Below, piece by piece: positions 27,198-36,124 of a DNA stretch of 37,155 nt. How positions within the stretch are numbered: position 1 is the first letter of the stretch; each line of letters begins with the position of its first letter. The notes beneath the pieces are model-generated. The model made no database searches and was not told the origin of the DNA. It saw only the letters and a list, made by a program, of their open reading frames with translations. The position numbers and the translations under genes were made by a program. Origin of the DNA: an uncultured bacterium (GTDB lineage: Bacteria > B130-G9); NCBI GenBank assembly GCA_965372715.1, contig CBDVDH010000039.1, forward strand, positions 1 through 37,155, in the 5' to 3' direction.

Positions 27198-28406
27198 TTA
27201 TGTTGATTCCCTATGAGATAGCTTGGAAAGAGAGCTCTGGCTTTCGAGAGCAACATAGACCCAATATAAGCGGTTTGCGAACCTATACCAGCCAGGCCCG
27301 CTTTCCTTATCCTGAAGGATGACTTCCAGCTCCCTCATCTTCTTGAGGAAGTTGTCAAGCACCTTCCCCTCATCATCGTTCAATCTGCGTTTCAGGTCTT
27401 TCTTGCTGAAGCTGAAGGTCGCCATCTCTCCTAATCTACGGAGTGTGGAAATGTATTTCCGGCTTCGGATCGCTTCATATACCTTCGGATTAAGGTATTT
27501 TCCCCCAATGATGCCGGCTGCTCGTCTGATGCCATCAATCGCGTGCGATTCGTTCACAACAGTGTTCTCACCAACGATGCTAAAAACAGAATCTCCGATC
27601 TCCTGCATGAAGACGGGCAGCCCCCCGGAGAATCGGACCATTCTGTTCATTGCTTTCGACTCAACGCCCATATTCGCTTTCTTGAATGCATCATTGAAGA
27701 ATCCCTCTACATCCTCATCTGACAGTGGAGATACTTTCATAATGCTAAAGACTCTCATAAGAGAGGGCTGGTGCTCCACAAGGGCAGCCCGGATCTCTGG
27801 AAGTCCTACAGACATAACAGCAATGGCCAAGTTGGCATGATGCGCCGCAATATCCTCTACCAGCCCTTTGTACCAATGGGCGAACTTGTCGGTAACGCAG
27901 AGTCCGTTAATGTCATCCAAGACAATGAACAGCCCTTTCGTTTGCCCTTTGATTTTCTCCGCGATGTTCGACAGAGCCTCGGGGAAATGCGAAACAAGAT
28001 CCGTGAGTTTGTTCTCAGGCGGGTTGAAGCCAAGTGATAGGCCAAAAAAACCAATCTGATTGATATAACCTCCGAATAGATCCCGGAACTTGGCAGGGCA
28101 ATCCTTGCCATTAGCCGCGTTTAGGATGCCCTGAAACACTTTGCGAACGAGCTCTTCCAGTGTTGCCACGCCCGCTAAGTTGACGTGAACGGGCAACAGG
28201 CCGATTTTGATCTGCACTGCGCTGCCAAGGTATAGCGCCAAAGACGTCTTGCCTATGCCCCTTTCTCCGACCAGGAAGATGTGCTCTTGTCTGCCAGAAG
28301 CGGCTTGTCTGATGTATTGAAACGTGTCCTTCATGATATCCTCGCGACCCACAAATAGGTCGTCGGGCACGGGATACCTTGGGGTGAATGGGCTGTCATC
28401 TCTCAT
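27198..28406 (-). CDS. AAA/STAND-like P-loop ATPase with C-terminal winged-helix-like domain
   Basis: SPFTP...FVGRE, GERGIGKTS, IVLDD, SGGLPVFMQEIG, C-terminal GWYRFANRLY; lower GC than neighbours. Confidence 0.85.
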   Translation of the reverse strand: MRDDSPFTPRYPVPDDLFVGREDIMKDTFQYIRQAASGRQEHIFLVGERGIGKTSLALYLGSAVQIKIGLLPVHVNLAGVATLEELVRKVFQGILNAANGKDCPAKFRDLFGGYINQIGFFGLSLGFNPPENKLTDLVSHFPEALSNIAEKIKGQTKGLFIVLDDINGLCVTDKFAHWYKGLVEDIAAHHANLAIAVMSVGLPEIRAALVEHQPSLMRVFSIMKVSPLSDEDVEGFFNDAFKKANMGVESKAMNRMVRFSGGLPVFMQEIGDSVFSIVGENTVVNESHAIDGIRRAAGIIGGKYLNPKVYEAIRSRKYISTLRRLGEMATFSFSKKDLKRRLNDDEGKVLDNFLKKMRELEVILQDKESGPGWYRFANRLYWVYVALESQSSLSKLSHREST

Positions 28407-28587
28407 AGGACTGTCCCCTCGCTGCTGAAAACTTCATCGATATCAATCACTTCTCAACAGAAGACTACGTGAACACCGCGACCAGATCAACCGGCGGGCC
28501 TCCTAGCAGAGGAGGGGTCAACGGTTGGCGCTCGAGAGTCCAACGCACAGTCCCACAAGCTAACCAAGGCGACCAAGCCAAATCCAG

Positions 28588-31500
28588 CTAGTCCGGCATG
28601 AGGCAGCCGGTATCGCCGGCGGTCATGTCGATGCCGACGCCGGTCTCGTCCGCTACCCAGAACCTGTCGTTGCCCTTGGTTGTGTAGGCGTCGATTCCGT
28701 CAGCATCGACGAATATGCCGAGCGGCCGGCGAAGCCCTATGTCGTAAGGCCCGGCATAGCCCAGGCACGCAACATCAATCTGGCTGTAGAGGTCGTTCCC
28801 AGCGTTGTCGAGCAGGACGCCAACGCCGTCGCCCCCGTGGCCCATAGCATACCAGCCCTTGGCGGAGTAGTAATCGTCGCCCATCACATCGACCACAATG
28901 CCGACCGAGGCGTCAAGCCCATGACCGATGCCAACTATCCAGCTCCAGTATTCGTCGTTGCCCGCCTCGTCAACGAGGATGCCAACGCTGTTGTGGATAC
29001 CTGCGCCGATAGAATAGCGCCTCGCCACATAGACGTCATCCCCAGCCTTGTCATCGAGAATGCCCGTTGCGAACCAGTAGCTTGAGCCCTGTGCGAAGTA
29101 GTCGCCGAGATAGTAGTCGTTGCCGGCGCCATCAGTGAGGATGCCGATTCCGCCTGCGCCTTGCCAGTATTCCTGGTCCCGGCGCGGTCCGAAGCCAAAG
29201 CCCTGACCCATGCAGACGTAGCGCTCCTGGCCGGGATTCGGCTCTCTGAAATCGACGTCAACTCCGCCTACGAAGTAGAAATCGTCGCCCTCCCGGTCCC
29301 GAAGGACGCCGGAGCCGAACGTGAAGCCAAAGCCCTGCGCATACTCGGGCGAGAAGTAGATGTCGTTGCCTGACTCGTTGCTCAGAAGCCCGATGCCGCA
29401 TGCGGCGGCGCCTTGCGCCATCTCTTGGCCGAGAAACACGTCATCGCCGAAGACGTCCCGCAGGATGCCGACGCCGAATGTCGAGGCGCCCTGGCAGTGA
29501 TCGGGCGCGATGTATATGTCATCGCCAAAAAAGTCTGTCAGGACGCCGATACCAAAGAGGCCCCATCCCTGACAACCGGTGCTGCTCGACTGATACGTGT
29601 CATCGCCCGAGAGATCGATGCTGACGGAAATCGGCGTATCATCGCCCGCCGCGCCCGCCGTGCGGCCTTCGTAGAGATCGTTGCCGCCAATATCGACGAG
29701 AAGCGCATTTCTCTCTCGGACCCCGTTAGTGTTCCTGTCGAAGACGTTGTCCCCAGCGCCGCCAACCATGACGAAACCGATCGGTGTGTCGAACTGAAAG
29801 AGAATCTCATCCATCGATGAGTCATAGACATTCGCGAAATAGTCCTCAGCGCGCTTCATGCCTGAAAGGAGCGTCGTCGAGGCCATCAAGAGCTGTTCGA
29901 AATCAACGTTGTCGTCCCACTCGTCGAAGACGCCGCTCAAGAAGGCTCCCGTGTAGTAGCAGAGTGGATACGAGTTGAGGACGTTGCTGTAGATCTGAGC
30001 TCTTACGTAGGGTGTGACATCCGCAAAGGCCCGGTCGAGATCGGTCGAGGCGTCGTCCATAGCGTATAGGATCATCGCCATCGCCTGACGGAGCTCCAGG
30101 GAGAGATTCGCCGCCTGCGCAGCGAGTTCGTCGCGCTCCGATGGAGAAAGCGTCTCGTGATTGCTACTATAAATCTGAACGATCGCGTCCTGAAACGGCG
30201 TATCGGAAAGGAAGTGGTTGTAGTTGGCGGGCAGGATAGTGGGGCCAAGCGGAGAGGCCGCTGTCAGCACGTATTCCTGCAATTCCTGGTCCTCGAACAT
30301 GATCTGGTCGGTAAGTTCCTTTGCAAAGGGCGGCCCGGCAAAGGCGTCGTTCAGGACCTCTTCAGTTATGTCCAGGATGCACTTCTCTACGTAGGGATAT
30401 GGGCCGTAGTAACCCTCGGTCGGCCTGTCGAGGCTCTTGCGGTCCATGCACATCGTCTTGAGGGCCATATCGACCGCGTTGGGTTCAGATGCGGTCCATC
30501 GGCGTCCACGCTTCATTTCTACTCCGTCGAAAGGAACGGGAGAATCCGTGAGCCCTTCGAGTCGTGCGGACGAGCCGCGGAACGCGCAGGCATCCAAAGA
30601 GTCGCGGTCTGGGAGAGAGGTTCGTCTTATGTTCGTATCGACCGCGAAGAGAACGCCCCCACAGTTCCCGAAGTAGGCTGTGCCATCGTCCGTGATAGCA
30701 ACGCCGCCCAGAATAGGTTTGCCGGTCAGCGTGGTTTCGCCTATCTTAACCCCTGTGTCGAATGACCATGGAGGCTTAGAAGCCAGCGAAAGGCCGTAAA
30801 CCTTGTGGTTGCTTACGCCGAAATAAAGGGCACTGTCTGGTCCGAGAGCCGGCGGACTCGAGATGATCTCGATCGATGAGACGCTATACCTCCACCTCTG
30901 GTTTCCAGAGACGACGTCAACGCTATAGAAAATACCCCCATTACTGCCAAAGAACACGCCCGTATCCGTTATGACCGGCGAGGAGAAAATGGCCCGACCG
31001 GTATCGAACTGCCACTTGAGAGCGCCCGACGGATCGACGGCGTATAGGACGCCGTCCATCCCGCCGGCGTATATGGTGTCGTCGGCTCCAACGGCAAACG
31101 CCCGCGTGAGCCAAGTATCAGTCTCATATCTTGCGAGCTCGCTCAGGTCCTGATCGACGACGTAGATGACGCCATCGTAGGATGAAAAGCACAACCGGCC
31201 GTCGGAGAGGAACGTGGGCTTGCTATCGACCCATCCGCCGGTCTCAAATCGGCCAAGAACCTCGCCGGATGAATTCAACTTGTAGAGATAGAAGTCGTTG
31301 GAGCCGAAGTAGATGTTCCCCGCAAGATCGACGGAGGCCGCAGAGAAAATGGGACCCTCGGTCCAGTAGCTGAAGACAAGCGTGCCATCGTTATTGAGGC
31401 AGTATAGGGCCCCGTCAAGGGCGCCAAAGACGATTCTGCCCTGATTGTCGAAGATTGGATCGGCGACTATTGGCGCCCCCACGTTGTATCTCCAGGTTTC

Positions 31501-31860
31501 ATTGCCAGAGGCGTCGAGCGCATAGAAGTTGCCGTCGCCAGAGCCGAAATAGACGGAGCCATCGGCATCGACAAGGGGCGTGCACATAATCCAGTTGCCA
31601 GCCCGGAAATACCAAATGACGTCCTCGGGGTCCATCACAACGGGAGGCTCTTGCTCAAAGCCGGCATCGAGCTCGGAGATGATCTCGTCCCAATCGATGT
31701 CCGCGACCAAATGATCGGCGTTCTGCGCAACCTCCAATGCTGTTCCGCCTCGCGGGCAGGTTAGATACTCGGCATGTTGCGTGGGCTGACTCAATGAAAG
31801 CCCGAATCCCCCGAATAGACAAATCAGACCTACGAATGCCCCTCTCTTGCCCATCGGCAA
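28588..31860 (-). CDS. Secreted PQQ-like beta-propeller protein with C-terminal Gly-rich D-x-x-G-[DN]-D-x-Y repeats
   Basis: Signal peptide; repeated YFGSxDxxxYAL...G..W blades; about 12 C-terminal repeats such as GILTDGAGNDYY; SD gaggagg. Confidence 0.85.
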   Translation of the reverse strand: MPMGKRGAFVGLICLFGGFGLSLSQPTQHAEYLTCPRGGTALEVAQNADHLVADIDWDEIISELDAGFEQEPPVVMDPEDVIWYFRAGNWIMCTPLVDADGSVYFGSGDGNFYALDASGNETWRYNVGAPIVADPIFDNQGRIVFGALDGALYCLNNDGTLVFSYWTEGPIFSAASVDLAGNIYFGSNDFYLYKLNSSGEVLGRFETGGWVDSKPTFLSDGRLCFSSYDGVIYVVDQDLSELARYETDTWLTRAFAVGADDTIYAGGMDGVLYAVDPSGALKWQFDTGRAIFSSPVITDTGVFFGSNGGIFYSVDVVSGNQRWRYSVSSIEIISSPPALGPDSALYFGVSNHKVYGLSLASKPPWSFDTGVKIGETTLTGKPILGGVAITDDGTAYFGNCGGVLFAVDTNIRRTSLPDRDSLDACAFRGSSARLEGLTDSPVPFDGVEMKRGRRWTASEPNAVDMALKTMCMDRKSLDRPTEGYYGPYPYVEKCILDITEEVLNDAFAGPPFAKELTDQIMFEDQELQEYVLTAASPLGPTILPANYNHFLSDTPFQDAIVQIYSSNHETLSPSERDELAAQAANLSLELRQAMAMILYAMDDASTDLDRAFADVTPYVRAQIYSNVLNSYPLCYYTGAFLSGVFDEWDDNVDFEQLLMASTTLLSGMKRAEDYFANVYDSSMDEILFQFDTPIGFVMVGGAGDNVFDRNTNGVRERNALLVDIGGNDLYEGRTAGAAGDDTPISVSIDLSGDDTYQSSSTGCQGWGLFGIGVLTDFFGDDIYIAPDHCQGASTFGVGILRDVFGDDVFLGQEMAQGAAACGIGLLSNESGNDIYFSPEYAQGFGFTFGSGVLRDREGDDFYFVGGVDVDFREPNPGQERYVCMGQGFGFGPRRDQEYWQGAGGIGILTDGAGNDYYLGDYFAQGSSYWFATGILDDKAGDDVYVARRYSIGAGIHNSVGILVDEAGNDEYWSWIVGIGHGLDASVGIVVDVMGDDYYSAKGWYAMGHGGDGVGVLLDNAGNDLYSQIDVACLGYAGPYDIGLRRPLGIFVDADGIDAYTTKGNDRFWVADETGVGIDMTAGDTGCLMPD

Positions 31861-32010
31861 TCCTCCTCAACTGGTTCTCAAGCTGCGTTACACGCTGGTG
31901 TGTGGACGAACAAAGCCGTGACCTTTGACCCGCCCATTCCAGCGTATTGCTTTTGTCAAACCCTTCCTCGAAGGGACGAGCACAGCTTGCCCGGAGAAAG
32001 CCTTGCGGCG

Positions 32011-34653
32011 CTACGGCATGACTGTAATCGCCGGGAACTGAGTGCTTGCGACCCCTTCGCGGTCAATAGCCAAGATGTAGTTTTCAAGGTAGATAGGCCC
32101 GACCCCAGGATTGACGTGCAAGCTATAAAGATACAGCACCGCGTCATCGTAGAGGCCGTGAATGGCATAAGGCGTGATGTCCTCGCCTTCCATGGGACCG
32201 AGAGGATAAAACTTCCAGATAACGGAGGCGATGTCGTTAAGGCCGTTGGGATCGGTAACAAGCGCGGCTATACATAGCTGGCCGCCCTCCTCGAACGTTA
32301 CCTTGCTGTACGGATTCCCAGCCATCAGAACAATAGGCGGTAGGTTGGGCTCTTCATCCATCAGTGTGTATCTCGGCCCCTCGATTACACGGGCCCGCAT
32401 CTTTCGCCAATCGGGCGCGCATCTCTCCGGTGGCATCCCCCCCTGAGTTATATAGAAGTAAGGCCATATCTGGCTGGTGTTGCCAACCGCGTCCTCTGCC
32501 GTCAGCTGCAAAGCATAACTTCCCGTCGCGTCGATGTACGAGGCGGGAACCATGAACTCCGCCGAGAAGATCATCGCATCGGCTATCTCGTCATAGCCGG
32601 CTCTATCGAGCGTCCATCCCAAGTCAATGCCCTCATACGAGACCCAGACGTTCACGACGTTGTTCTCAGGGTCGGTAACGAGGGCCCGGACCTCAAGGAC
32701 GCTGTCGATCGAGGCGGAGAGCTCGCTCTCCATGTAACCGGCCACAAGGATATTTGGCTCATCGACCGATGGCAGGTCCTGTTGAAGGGCATAAAGCTTG
32801 CCGTCCCAGCAGCCGACGTAGAGCGTCTTGTCCGGGCCTATCGCGGCCGTGGGACGAATCCAGTATTCACTCTCTTGCGGGTCGGTATCGCTGCCCGTCG
32901 GGAGGAACATCCTTCCGATGATGACTCCGTCCGGCGAGAACGAGAAGACGGTGTTGTCGCCGGTGATCATGTAGATGTTGCCCTCATCGTCAAGCGCAGG
33001 CGACGATTGAACCCAGCTGCCGAGGTTGATGCCTTCACCATTGGGGTCCTCCTCAGGAAAGCCTGAGCCCACACCATTCGGCGGGATCGAGAAGAGCTTG
33101 CCGACCGGCCCGTCCTGGCCCGGCCCGTCGTAGTAAGTTCCGCAGTAGATGTCTCCGCGGATGCCCACCGCGGGCGATGAGTGGACCCACGTTCCTACCG
33201 ACCGGCTCCAGAGTGGCTCGCCGTTCGGCGCAAACGCGTAGATGCGGTTGTCGGGGCTGTCCGAGCCGATATAGACGTTGCCCCCAAAATCGACGCACGG
33301 CGAGGCGTGCACGGGGCTTTCGAGCCACCGGCGCCACAGAAGGTAGCCGTTCGCGGCATCGATCGCATAGAGATAGTGGTCGTCCGAACCACAATACACG
33401 ACTTTGCCGTCGAGACTGACCGCGGGCGAAGATGAGACCCAGCTGCCCGTGCGATACACCCACATAACCTGGCCCGATTGACTGACGCCGTAGATGCAGT
33501 CGTCGTGGGAGCCGACGTAGATCATCACTCCGTCGCGCGTCCCATTGGCGTTTGCGTCAGTGAAAGGCTCAGGGAAGTCGGCGTCAAAGCGACCGTTATG
33601 ATTCAGATCATCGTAGTATTCCTCGGAGCTCCCATTCCACTGGAGGTCCTGATAGACGTCGAGGAACGGCTCGCCTGGGTCATACCGGTTGTTGCCACTT
33701 AAGTCGCAGAATGGCTCCTGAACGTTGACGACGGGGGATGACGTGATCTTTCCACCAGTTGAGACTGTCCACTTAACGCGGATTCTGTCCCATTCGCCGT
33801 TTCCATTCCAGTCGGTGAACGTCTCGCCGAAGGTGTAGGCGCCGTCTCCGTTGCGGTCGATGTAAGGCTCCTCGCAGATCTCGCTATGAAGGGCATACAG
33901 CCGATCGTCATCGCCCCCGAAGTAGAAAACGCAGCGGTCGCGCACGCCGTTGCCGTTCTCGTCGATGAACGGCTCGGCTGGATTGCAGCTGCCGTCGCCG
34001 TTGGCGTCCGTGAACGGCTCGGCGTCGTCCCATCTGCGGTTGTGGTTCAGGTCTGTGAACTCCTCGCCCTCGTCGTATTCACCATTGAGGTTCTTGTCCA
34101 AAAACGGCTCGGCAGGGTCCCAGACCCCGTTGCCGTTCTCGTCAGTGAAAGGCTCCGCGATGTCAAAGCAGCCGTTCGCGTTTGCATCGTAATACGGCTC
34201 ACCTGGGCCGACTGCGGGCGAAGAGATCATCGGGCTGTTGATGTCGTAGAACCAGAACAGCGTGCCGTCTGGATTCAGAACGTAGAAAAAGCCGCCCGTG
34301 GATGTAAACGCTATCATGCTATCATCCCAAAGCCCGTTGCCGTTGAGGTCTTGATACGGCTCTCCGTCATCGAACGCGCCATTGTCATCCAGGTCCAGAA
34401 ATGGCTCGCACGGGCCAATCGCGCAGGACGAGTTGATCTTTCCGATCCCGATGGCCGTGAAAGACCACTTGATGTTCGCATCAGGATATTTTGGCCCCTC
34501 AAGCCTCGAGAAGCCTGAATGACGCGAATCGTAATGAAGCCCGGAACAAAATGGCTCGCTCTGCCACGATAGAGTGGCATAGGCCCCCAATGGAGCCAGA
34601 AGAAGAGCAATTACCACAAGAACGGGGACCTGCCGCCTAATAGAAAAACGCAT
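32011..34653 (-). CDS. Secreted PQQ-like beta-propeller protein with inserted EPFxDxNGNGxWD repeats and two tandem C-terminal domains
   Basis: Signal peptide ...PLGAYA; SSPAV/YVGSxD blades; 14 acidic ~15-aa repeats; SD aggagg. Confidence 0.85.
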   Translation of the reverse strand: MRFSIRRQVPVLVVIALLLAPLGAYATLSWQSEPFCSGLHYDSRHSGFSRLEGPKYPDANIKWSFTAIGIGKINSSCAIGPCEPFLDLDDNGAFDDGEPYQDLNGNGLWDDSMIAFTSTGGFFYVLNPDGTLFWFYDINSPMISSPAVGPGEPYYDANANGCFDIAEPFTDENGNGVWDPAEPFLDKNLNGEYDEGEEFTDLNHNRRWDDAEPFTDANGDGSCNPAEPFIDENGNGVRDRCVFYFGGDDDRLYALHSEICEEPYIDRNGDGAYTFGETFTDWNGNGEWDRIRVKWTVSTGGKITSSPVVNVQEPFCDLSGNNRYDPGEPFLDVYQDLQWNGSSEEYYDDLNHNGRFDADFPEPFTDANANGTRDGVMIYVGSHDDCIYGVSQSGQVMWVYRTGSWVSSSPAVSLDGKVVYCGSDDHYLYAIDAANGYLLWRRWLESPVHASPCVDFGGNVYIGSDSPDNRIYAFAPNGEPLWSRSVGTWVHSSPAVGIRGDIYCGTYYDGPGQDGPVGKLFSIPPNGVGSGFPEEDPNGEGINLGSWVQSSPALDDEGNIYMITGDNTVFSFSPDGVIIGRMFLPTGSDTDPQESEYWIRPTAAIGPDKTLYVGCWDGKLYALQQDLPSVDEPNILVAGYMESELSASIDSVLEVRALVTDPENNVVNVWVSYEGIDLGWTLDRAGYDEIADAMIFSAEFMVPASYIDATGSYALQLTAEDAVGNTSQIWPYFYITQGGMPPERCAPDWRKMRARVIEGPRYTLMDEEPNLPPIVLMAGNPYSKVTFEEGGQLCIAALVTDPNGLNDIASVIWKFYPLGPMEGEDITPYAIHGLYDDAVLYLYSLHVNPGVGPIYLENYILAIDREGVASTQFPAITVMP

Positions 34654-34683
34654 ACGTCCGCCTCCTAAATGCTTTGCTAGAAT

Positions 34684-34745
34684 GTGTTGGCCAACACCAT
34701 ATATATTATGATCGTATTCTGTGCCTTCTACTCTCCCGCTGTCAA
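34684..34745 (-). promoter_or_regulatory. Putative promoter with a downstream perfect palindrome
   Basis: Minus strand TTGACA (34745-34740)-N18-CAGAAT; GTGTTGGCCAACAC at 34684-34697. Confidence 0.45.
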
Positions 34746-34763
34746 GGCAAATATCTCAGGCAA

Positions 34764-34794
34764 GTCGAAAGTCGAAGGTCGAAGGTCGAAAGTC
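34764..34794 (+). repeat. Tandem heptamer repeat (GTCGAAR) x4.4
   Basis: gtcgaaa gtcgaag gtcgaag gtcgaaa gtc. Confidence 0.85.
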
Positions 34795-34873
34795 CACCGT
34801 CCCTGGGGGCAGGCCTATTGTGGCCTCCGCAGATCCGCCGCTGTGTGGAGCTATTGGTTGAAAGATCTGGATA

Positions 34874-36121
34874 CTAGGACCGTTTCGCTAGGATCAGCTC
34901 GTGCACCGCGCGAACCGCGGCCTTCTCGTCGTCAGCCGGGACCAGCACCGAGACGCGAAGCGCCGAGACAGCAGTTTCAAGAGGCGTGATTCCCGCGTCT
35001 GCAAGCGCCCGACGGATGCTAGCCAGCATCGCGGGGTCCGACAGGAAGCCGTCGCCGACGACGCCGATCTTCGCCAGACCACAGGCGATATCCCACTGGG
35101 GGCGAACTGCGGTCCCGAGGCCCTGCAACGCGTGCTCAACGGCCGCCAGATCGCCCTCCGACACCACAAAACGCACCCGTTCGACGTCGCCTAAGCGGGC
35201 CTGAGCAATCATGTCAAGCGTCAGCCCACGCTGTGACAGCTCCTCAAAAAACGACGCCACAAGGCCCCCGGAATCGCGCGGGAACTCGGCCCTAACGCTG
35301 CAAACCGGGCTGACAGACGCCACGGCATCGAGGCTCGCGGCCTCAGGGCTTTCGTCCGATTCACCCGAAATGCCTGCCTTTCTCATCTTGTGTTCACTCC
35401 TAACTCTCGTTCCACATCCGTCGCCTGCTCCGGAGCATATCAAAACCGATAACCTGTTGCGCCTCACAAATTGTGCCGCGCGGGGGTCGATGACCGAGGC
35501 GCCGGCGCACGCCAGTTCAAGGAGCTTTCCCGCGCTAATCTCGCCAAGCAGCCGGGCGTTTCGGACGACCTGGGGGTCTGCGCTCATCACGCCCGCTACA
35601 TTCTTCCTGAGCTGGCAAGATTCGGCGCCAAGAGCCTTCGCCAGCACGACCGCAGTTAAGTCCGAGCCGCCCCTTCCGAGCGTCGTTATCTCCTTCTGCC
35701 TCGAGACCCCCTGAAATCCCGCGACGATAACGATCTTGCCCTCGTTGAGCGACTTGATGATGCGCTCAGGCCGAACGTCAACGATCCGCGCACGATTGTG
35801 ATGACTTGTCGTGATAATGCCTGATTGTGAGCCCGTAAAAGAGATCGAGTCGAAGCCCAGGTCCGAAATCGCCATCGAGAGCAATGAGATCGATATTCTC
35901 TCGCCGACCGTGATTAGCATGTCGAGCTCCCTCGGAGACGGAGTATCGCTGACCTCGCGAGCGAGCGCAATGAGCTCGTTCGTCTTATTCCCCATCGCGG
36001 ACATGACGACCAGCACAGAATGCCCGGCGCGCCGGGCCTCAATGACCTTTTTGGCGACCTGCTTGATCTGCGCAGCAGTTGCGACGCACTTGCCGCCGTA
36101 TTTCTGGACGAGAATGCCCAA
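34874..36121 (-). CDS. lysC: Aspartate kinase with two ACT domains (divergent)
   Basis: VQKYGG, VMSAMG, RELDML...GERIS, VAGFQG, TTLGRGGSD, ADP; C-terminal ACT domains. Confidence 0.85.
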   Translation of the reverse strand: MGILVQKYGGKCVATAAQIKQVAKKVIEARRAGHSVLVVMSAMGNKTNELIALAREVSDTPSPRELDMLITVGERISISLLSMAISDLGFDSISFTGSQSGIITTSHHNRARIVDVRPERIIKSLNEGKIVIVAGFQGVSRQKEITTLGRGGSDLTAVVLAKALGAESCQLRKNVAGVMSADPQVVRNARLLGEISAGKLLELACAGASVIDPRAAQFVRRNRLSVLICSGAGDGCGTRVRSEHKMRKAGISGESDESPEAASLDAVASVSPVCSVRAEFPRDSGGLVASFFEELSQRGLTLDMIAQARLGDVERVRFVVSEGDLAAVEHALQGLGTAVRPQWDIACGLAKIGVVGDGFLSDPAMLASIRRALADAGITPLETAVSALRVSVLVPADDEKAAVRAVHELILAKRS

Positions 36122-36124
36122 GGA

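Noticed and set aside
26310-27206. 298-aa plus-strand ORF, and similar long antisense ORFs at 18272, 19709, 30157 and 33886
   Set aside because: Shadow ORFs opposite well-supported genes in GC-rich DNA, with no motifs.
33532-34407. ~45-bp periodic DNA repeats as a CRISPR array
   Set aside because: They are in-frame protein repeats with synonymous variation; there are no unique spacers or cas genes.
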